From positions 49,051 through 113,050 of IMG/VR virus record IMGVR_UViG_3300047483_000174: 64,000 nt of DNA, one strand, 5' to 3'. The notes beneath the pieces were generated by a model. The model was not told the DNA's origin, searched no databases, and saw nothing but the letters and a program-made list of their open reading frames with translations. Of the stretch, positions 58,714-64,000 are shown piece by piece. Position 1 is the stretch's first letter; every line of letters starts with the position of its first letter. A program made the translations under genes and the position numbers. This DNA is from a virus.

Positions 58714-59553
58714 ATGTCAAACCCATTACTAAAACATTTTAGAAAACCAACCGCTTACATTCAATTGCCAACTCGTGGTATTTTCAACCCAGAAATAGAA
58801 AAAACAGTCATAGATGAAGTTCCAATACTTCCGATGACCGCCATAGACGAAATCGGATTGAAAAACCCTGACGCCCTACTGAACGGAGAAGCACTCGTAA
58901 ATCTCATTCGTAGCTGCGTTCCGTCTATTCCTGACCCATACAAAATTCCAAACATAGATGCAGAAGCATTGTATTTGGCGATACGTTATGCAACGTATGG
59001 AAAAGATACAACTCACACTCATACATGCAGCAAGTGTAAGGAAGTCAGTGATTTTAATATAGACATAAACTACATTCTGAGTAGATTTCCAGTGATAGAT
59101 GAATCGCCAACCGTTTCATATGATGGACTCACCATTCACATAAGACCAAACACCCTTCGTTCAATAATGAAAGTTTCAATTATTGAAGCAGAACAAACAA
59201 AACTGATAAACTTTTACGCATCCCCAGAATTTGAATACAATGATGAAGAGTCTGCCGCAAAAAGAATTTACGACAGTTTCAGAAAAATTGCTATTCATAA
59301 TGTGGATGTGGTTTCGGACGCCATCTTGAAAATTGAAGATGATGAAGGAAACGAGATTGATGACCAAAAATATATTGCAGAATTTTTGAATAACGTTCCA
59401 AGTAGTCTTATTGCGGAAATTCAACAAAAAGTAAAATCAATTTCAAAACTTCCAGAAGATGCATCAATTACAGAATTCCAATGTCCTTCTTGTAATCACA
59501 AAGACAAAGTGAAGATTGAGTTTAACCCAGTAAATTTTTCCGTAGCTGGCTAG
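58714..59553 (+). CDS. gp26-like baseplate hub / tail assembly chaperone; likely start MSNPLL at 58714
   Basis: NPLLKHFRKPTAYIQLPTRG, PMTAIDE..LKNPDALLNGEA, D...L.LAIR.ATYG, two CxxC motifs. Confidence 0.8.
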   Translation: MSNPLLKHFRKPTAYIQLPTRGIFNPEIEKTVIDEVPILPMTAIDEIGLKNPDALLNGEALVNLIRSCVPSIPDPYKIPNIDAEALYLAIRYATYGKDTTHTHTCSKCKEVSDFNIDINYILSRFPVIDESPTVSYDGLTIHIRPNTLRSIMKVSIIEAEQTKLINFYASPEFEYNDEESAAKRIYDSFRKIAIHNVDVVSDAILKIEDDEGNEIDDQKYIAEFLNNVPSSLIAEIQQKVKSISKLPEDASITEFQCPSCNHKDKVKIEFNPVNFSVAG

Positions 59554-59771
59554 TAACCGCTAGTCAGCAGGATATAGCAAAAAAATTGTCAGATTATAAA
59601 AAACAGCTTGACGCGACTCACAAGAATCTGATACAATTAACTTGGTATATGAGAGGCGGCGTGTCACTATCTGAGATATATGACATGCCAGTTACGCACA
59701 TTCAACATATTCACAAAGTTATTGGTGAAAATTTTGAAATGTCGAAAAAAGCTAAAACACCAATTATATAA
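59538..59771 (+). CDS. -1 frameshift extension of the chaperone (gp51-/gpT-like segment, WYMRGGVSLSEIYDM)
   Basis: Frame open from 59526; no ATG with RBS; slippery heptamer and hairpin at the junction. Confidence 0.75.
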   Translation, partial: FRSWLVTASQQDIAKKLSDYKKQLDATHKNLIQLTWYMRGGVSLSEIYDMPVTHIQHIHKVIGENFEMSKKAKTPII

Positions 59772-60325
59772 AATACACATCTAATATCTAACTAATACAT
59801 ACCCGTATTGAGGGACGCGCACCTGATGATAAAAGCGCACTTCCAAACAAATGAGATTAAGGTTGACACGCCGTCTGTAATTGTGTCGGGAATCCGTTCT
59901 GATGTGTGACGGTAACCAAACGGGTATGCTCATTTACTCGCTGCAACACACTACCCCATCCTTGTAGGTGGGATGCCTTAAACGTCCTAATTAGTGAACC
60001 GTTTGTGTTGTAGGAATGGTTGGTAGTCTGGAAACAGATGAAAAAACGTGGGTAGCCCTGAAGGCTACTTTACGACCAGTTTTATGTGACATACTAAACA
60101 ATAGTCACTAACCGTGGACAGGCAATAATACGCACTGTCAACTACTCTATATACTGAAGTCTTGTCTTGTTTTAGAGTGGTGCCGTTGGGTCGAAAGACG
60201 CAAAACTGAATGATGGGGGGATAGCCAACCGACCCCGCCCTACTCTGGGGGCTAGTTCAATGACGAGATAACCGATGCCAGAGATGTATCTGTTTTTTAA
60301 TTTGCTCCCCCAGTGGGGGCAAATA
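59772..60325 (+). ncRNA. Putative large structured non-coding RNA of unassigned family
   Basis: No convincing ORF; at least eight predicted helices including long-range pairings, a GAAA tetraloop and a possible pseudoknot; GC-richer than the downstream AT-rich flank. Confidence 0.55.
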
Positions 60326-60479
60326 TACCTCAACCGAGATGATATATATCATTGATGATTCAATGATAATATGTAATACATAAGTAATAAGAAAGAATAA
60401 TCCCGATGAATGGAATAACGAATGATAATGAGTTATTCCATTCAGAGAGGATTGGTCTTTAGACCAAATAGGATTCCTT

Positions 60480-61139
60480 ATGAAATATAACATAATATCT
60501 ATACCTCGTTCTGGAAGTGGTTATCTGAGATCATTGATAGCAAAAAACTTGGAAACAAATGATAATTTCTATACAATAAGTGAGCCGTTTAATCCTACCA
60601 AGAACAGAAGTATTTCATATGAAGAAATGATTAAGTGTATGTCTATGTCTGATACTGTAGTAACAAAGAACCATATATTTGACTTGCTGGAATTAAAAAA
60701 TACAAACGAAGAATTGTATCAATCGTTCATAGGTATAGATTTCATTCACGTATGCTTATTAAGACGTGATTTGTTCGAATGCACGTTAAGCAGATGTATC
60801 GCAAAGATTACTAATCAATGGAATGAATACACATATTCGGAGAATGACAACATAGTCGTTCCCGAATATTTTTTTATGTCTGAGTTAAAAGACACAGTTG
60901 ATATGTTAGATGCCATATCTACATTGAACCTTGATTTCAGTAAAGTCATATATTATGAAGATTTGACATTCAATTCGGAAAAGGATTGTGAGTTATTTGG
61001 TATTCAGTATAATGGCGCAGATGTGACATACCAAAAATCCCCAAATAAGAATATGATAGTATCTAATATTGATGTCTTAAAACAGTCATTTTTTAATGAA
61101 ATAAATACTGTATCAGTTTCAAATATAGAGGGTTTATGA
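60480..61139 (+). CDS. Sulfotransferase-family protein
   Basis: 5'-PSB IPRSGSGYL, EPFN, 3'-PB RRDLFECTLS, IYYEDL. Confidence 0.75.
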   Translation: MKYNIISIPRSGSGYLRSLIAKNLETNDNFYTISEPFNPTKNRSISYEEMIKCMSMSDTVVTKNHIFDLLELKNTNEELYQSFIGIDFIHVCLLRRDLFECTLSRCIAKITNQWNEYTYSENDNIVVPEYFFMSELKDTVDMLDAISTLNLDFSKVIYYEDLTFNSEKDCELFGIQYNGADVTYQKSPNKNMIVSNIDVLKQSFFNEINTVSVSNIEGL

Positions 61140-61651
61140 AATACGCAATAACTGGACATACCTATGGAATAGGCGAAGGTCTTTATAATAGACTATCCCC
61201 AAACGCAATAGGATTTAGTAAATCTACTGGATACGACATAACAAAAAAAGAAGACCGCCAACGTATAATATATGAGGCATCTGACTGTTCGGTATTCATT
61301 AACAATGCCACCGATGGATTTGGTCAAAGCGAATTACTATTGGAGTTATGGCATCGTTGGAAAGATTCCGATAAGATTATCATAAATGTTGGTAGTAGAA
61401 TAGCAGAGGATCATATCAAACTGGACTACGCTTATTCTCATTTGCTGAGTTATAGTATGTATAAGAGAACACTCAAAAAACTTTCATACGATTTGATGAA
61501 TGTTGAAACACCTTTGAAAGTAAAATATTGCTGGTTTGGATACGTTGGCGTTCCACACATTTTAGCAAAGTATCCTCATTTTACGGAAAAGGATTATATA
61601 CCTGTCAGCGAGGCAGTTGATATTATATTGAAAGAAGAACATGGCGAGTAA
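61136..61651 (+). CDS. Truncated short-chain dehydrogenase/reductase-like protein
   Basis: AITGHTYGIG Rossmann motif, VFINNA, IINVGS, YSMYK (YxxxK-like). Confidence 0.7.
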   Translation: MKYAITGHTYGIGEGLYNRLSPNAIGFSKSTGYDITKKEDRQRIIYEASDCSVFINNATDGFGQSELLLELWHRWKDSDKIIINVGSRIAEDHIKLDYAYSHLLSYSMYKRTLKKLSYDLMNVETPLKVKYCWFGYVGVPHILAKYPHFTEKDYIPVSEAVDIILKEEHGE

Positions 61652-62159
61652 GAGTAAAGTCAAAGGTTCAAGTTACGAACGTGACATGGCAAAGTTTCTA
61701 AGTGAATTATACGATGGTAGTTTCGTAAGGGTTCCAAACTCAGGCGCATTTATCGGCGGAAAAAACAATAAGAGAACAGAAGTATTGAGTGAAGGTCAGA
61801 TACGTTCATTCAAGGGTGATATTATTCCTCCAGACGATTGGAAGTTCTTTAATTGTGAGTGCAAGTCATATGCTGATTTCCAGTTTCATCAACTGTTTTC
61901 TGATGGCGTCATTCCATTATTGGAAGGATGGATTAATCAGACTATGGAGGTTGCAGATAAAGGTGACTTGAATATCATCTTTATGAAGTTCACTCGTAAA
62001 GGTCAATATATCTGCTACCAGAAGTCTCTCGAATGGGAAACCCCGCATTCAACCGTCTACCATAGTAAGAAACATGGTGATTGGATATTCTGCGGGGCTG
62101 AAAAGTTTTGGGAGTTTCACTATGATAAAGTGAAAACCGTATCTATTGACGGTGTTTAG
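61641..62159 (+). CDS. Holliday-junction-resolvase-like PD-(D/E)xK nuclease
   Basis: KGSSYER, GDII, CECKSY motifs. Confidence 0.7.
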   Translation: MASKSKVKGSSYERDMAKFLSELYDGSFVRVPNSGAFIGGKNNKRTEVLSEGQIRSFKGDIIPPDDWKFFNCECKSYADFQFHQLFSDGVIPLLEGWINQTMEVADKGDLNIIFMKFTRKGQYICYQKSLEWETPHSTVYHSKKHGDWIFCGAEKFWEFHYDKVKTVSIDGV

Positions 62160-63289
62160 TCTGTTCTGATTTCGTCAAAACCCCAATCAATTGCGACTGG
62201 AAATCTGGGTATACCATCAGGTGTGTAATCAAAAAACCTGATGGTTGCCCATTTTGGTTTTGTCGGATTGTCGTAAAGGTCTTTCAGAAGTTCTTGATTT
62301 CCTCTTACGCCCGATCCAAACGGCTTGCCGTCTTTGTTTTCCAGAACAAACCGCTTGGCATGACCAGCCCAATTTCCAAGACCTTCTTCAATGCCAGTAA
62401 CTTTGAACTCGTCTGTCTTGAACTCTTTTCGTTTGATTAGATTATGAGAACGCTTGTTTTCATATTCCTTGTTACGACGAATCATCTGTCCCTCATATCC
62501 ATCTTCAATATATGCGGCATATAGGCTGTTCATATGGTCTTCATCAAGAATCATAAATGTTTCTACCTTTACAACGCATTCAGTCTTCGGTAGTAGTTTG
62601 AGGTATCTCTTGCTTCGTTCTTCAAATATCAAATCTTCTTCCACGCAATCAATAACGTCATAGATATGATATTCAATTAGCTTCTTTGAAATTTCAATGT
62701 CTTTTGGGGTAGGCTTTGTCTTTCTTACGATTGACGTAATCTTGTTGAAGTTTGTCTTCAGTTTGTGATTGTAAAGTTCGCCATCAAACGTCAGATTTGG
62801 ATGGTCAACAAATACATCCTTGATTGCTTCCCAGACGTGTGGAACGGATGTAATCTCTTTACCAGAACGAGTCCATAGCCCATCGGCCCTTGCGATACAG
62901 CGAATGCCATCCAGCTTTGGCTGCGAGTATAGCTTATCTTCCTCTGTGTTTATTTTTTCGTCGGCAAAGCCTTGAGCCAACATTGGATTAAACGTAGTCT
63001 TTGTATTGACTTCATCTACGTTTTCAAAGTAGCCAGAGTTCTTCTTGTTGGTGTAGTTGGCTACGATTTCTTTTTCAGCTTGTGAACGAATGGTAGTCGC
63101 GTTTGATTTTCCAGTATTCTTTGGAACACATTTATGCCAAGATGATGTAACTAAGTTTCCGCCACGAATACCAGAAACAGTTCGGTATCCAGCCGTATCT
63201 TCACCTTCTCCAAGTTCCATATACCATATTCGTATATTCTGTGAACTGTCAATCTTGAACAATGGTTCGTAAGTTTTTATGAGTTGCAT
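62156..63289 (-). CDS. ATP-dependent DNA ligase
   Basis: QPKLDGIR (KxDG), FDGELY, YDV, YEGQMIR, LIKRK, GIPRFP. Confidence 0.93.
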   Translation of the reverse strand: MQLIKTYEPLFKIDSSQNIRIWYMELGEGEDTAGYRTVSGIRGGNLVTSSWHKCVPKNTGKSNATTIRSQAEKEIVANYTNKKNSGYFENVDEVNTKTTFNPMLAQGFADEKINTEEDKLYSQPKLDGIRCIARADGLWTRSGKEITSVPHVWEAIKDVFVDHPNLTFDGELYNHKLKTNFNKITSIVRKTKPTPKDIEISKKLIEYHIYDVIDCVEEDLIFEERSKRYLKLLPKTECVVKVETFMILDEDHMNSLYAAYIEDGYEGQMIRRNKEYENKRSHNLIKRKEFKTDEFKVTGIEEGLGNWAGHAKRFVLENKDGKPFGSGVRGNQELLKDLYDNPTKPKWATIRFFDYTPDGIPRFPVAIDWGFDEIRTD

Positions 63290-63308
63290 GTGTTATCCTT
63301 TTACTGCA

Positions 63309-63337
63309 TTATACTGAATAGTTCACGGACTGTCAAT
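63309..63337 (-). promoter_or_regulatory. Consensus sigma70 promoter TTGACA-N17-TATAAT for the ligase gene
   Basis: Minus strand reads TTGACAgtccgtgaactattcagTATAAT, then AAGGA and ATG 63289. Confidence 0.88.
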
Positions 63338-63365
63338 AAAAAAGGCTCCACATATGTGGAGCCTT
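63338..63365 (-). terminator. Intrinsic terminator AAGGCTCCACAT/ATGTGGAGCCTT plus U-tract
   Basis: Long perfect inverted repeat immediately followed by the ligase -35 box. Confidence 0.88.
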
Positions 63366-63442
63366 AGTTTTCTCGTATGAGATATTAAGGAAGCCTCGCT
63401 GAGATGAGAGAGGTTGAGAGGAGACACAGGACTTCCCTAATG
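63338..63442 (-). ncRNA. Putative ~100 nt small RNA with a CU-rich loop
   Basis: Own promoter (63476-63448), 12-bp stem, small hairpin and terminator; no RBS-led ORF. Confidence 0.6.
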
Positions 63443-63447
63443 TTTAT

Positions 63448-63476
63448 AGAATATCAAATACGAATCATATTGTCAA
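63448..63476 (-). promoter_or_regulatory. Sigma70-type promoter TTGACA-N17-TATTCT
   Basis: TTGACA 63476-63471, spacer atatgattcgtatttga, TATTCT 63453-63448. Confidence 0.7.
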
Positions 63477-63492
63477 GAACTTTTTTCATATT

Positions 63493-64000
63493 TTATGCAA
63501 ATATTTCAGATTCTTCTGTCGCAATAACTTCTTCTTCTTGACTAAATGATGTGAACCCATTCTCTTTCACAACATTCAATACGTTGGAAACCCGCCCTTG
63601 AAGTTCGTCTCTATGTGAAACCAAGAAAATTGTCCGATTACTTTCTCTTACCATTTTCTTTAGAACTGACAATGATGCTTCTACGCCGTTTGTATCCATA
63701 CCACTATCAATCAACTCATCTACAAACAGAACATTGATGGTGCTGTATAGTGACTCGAAGATATCTCTGAACGCCCATGACAAGCCAAGGATAAGTCGGT
63801 TTCGTTCACCACGTGACAGGTTATCAAAGTCAAGGTCTCTACCGAGTTCTTTGATTTCAACACTCAAATCGCTCTGGAACCGAACTTCATGTGGCAAACC
63901 AAGTTTTTCAAGGAAGAAATCAAGACGAGAATTTAGATAGTTTAGGTTTTGGTCAATGATTTTCTTGCGAATAAAGCTATCTTTGTTGGTAAGTAGTTTC
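63493..64000 (-). CDS. gp46: Recombination nuclease ATPase subunit (gp46/SbcC-like), C-terminal part; gene starts beyond the window
   Basis: ABC signature LSRGE, Walker B LFVDE, D-loop SGMD, H-loop LVSH. Confidence 0.9.
   Translation of the reverse strand, partial: KLLTNKDSFIRKKIIDQNLNYLNSRLDFFLEKLGLPHEVRFQSDLSVEIKELGRDLDFDNLSRGERNRLILGLSWAFRDIFESLYSTINVLFVDELIDSGMDTNGVEASLSVLKKMVRESNRTIFLVSHRDELQGRVSNVLNVVKENGFTSFSQEEEVIATEESEIFA

Noticed and set aside
59772-60325. tRNA, tmRNA, RNase P or group II intron identity for the structured region
   Set aside because: No T-loop/CCA cloverleaf, no GAGGAAAGUCC, no domain V motif recognised; an Rfam search is still needed.
60257-60493. 78-aa minus-strand ORF in the non-coding region
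   Set aside because: Low-complexity composition, no RBS, opposite to the local transcription direction.
1-64000. Stop-codon reassignment as seen in some jumbo phages
   Set aside because: Core genes are full length under the standard code and TAG, TGA and TAA all terminate genes.

Overview
A 64 kb segment of a large T4-like (jumbo-type) myovirus genome, standard genetic code, mostly on the minus strand. No tRNA, rRNA or CRISPR array was seen. Left (1-9.5 kb): two homing endonucleases (GIY-YIG, HNH), an orphan adenine methyltransferase, nrdB/nrdA, uvsY, uvsX and gp32 SSB. Middle (9.6-58.6 kb): putative internal head proteins, both terminase subunits, head-completion nuclease, tail tube, sheath, neck and terminator proteins, a 1087-aa glycosyltransferase/methyltransferase fusion, a 15 kb array of fibre genes including proline-poor collagen-like proteins, major capsid, scaffold, protease, portal and a tape-measure-like protein. 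Right (58.7-64 kb): a gp26-like tail chaperone, a 0.7 kb non-coding region, sulfotransferase, SDR, resolvase-like nuclease, DNA ligase and the C-terminus of a gp46/SbcC ATPase. Most notable observations: (1) a ~550 nt densely base-paired non-coding region whose 5' end shares an exact 15-mer with the gp32 leader repeats; (2) a putative internal-protein gene with two near-identical A9 slippage sites predicting nested 182/491/570-aa products; (3) a canonical -1 frameshift signal (A AAU UUU, 6-nt spacer, 9-bp hairpin) joining the gp26-like chaperone to a start-less downstream ORF; (4) a possible fibre-glycosylation system; (5) an independently transcribed ~100 nt sRNA with an anti-Shine-Dalgarno-like loop; (6) an HNH gene that appears to have split and regenerated the 5' end of the methyltransferase. 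All family assignments come from motif recognition by eye; no database search was run.
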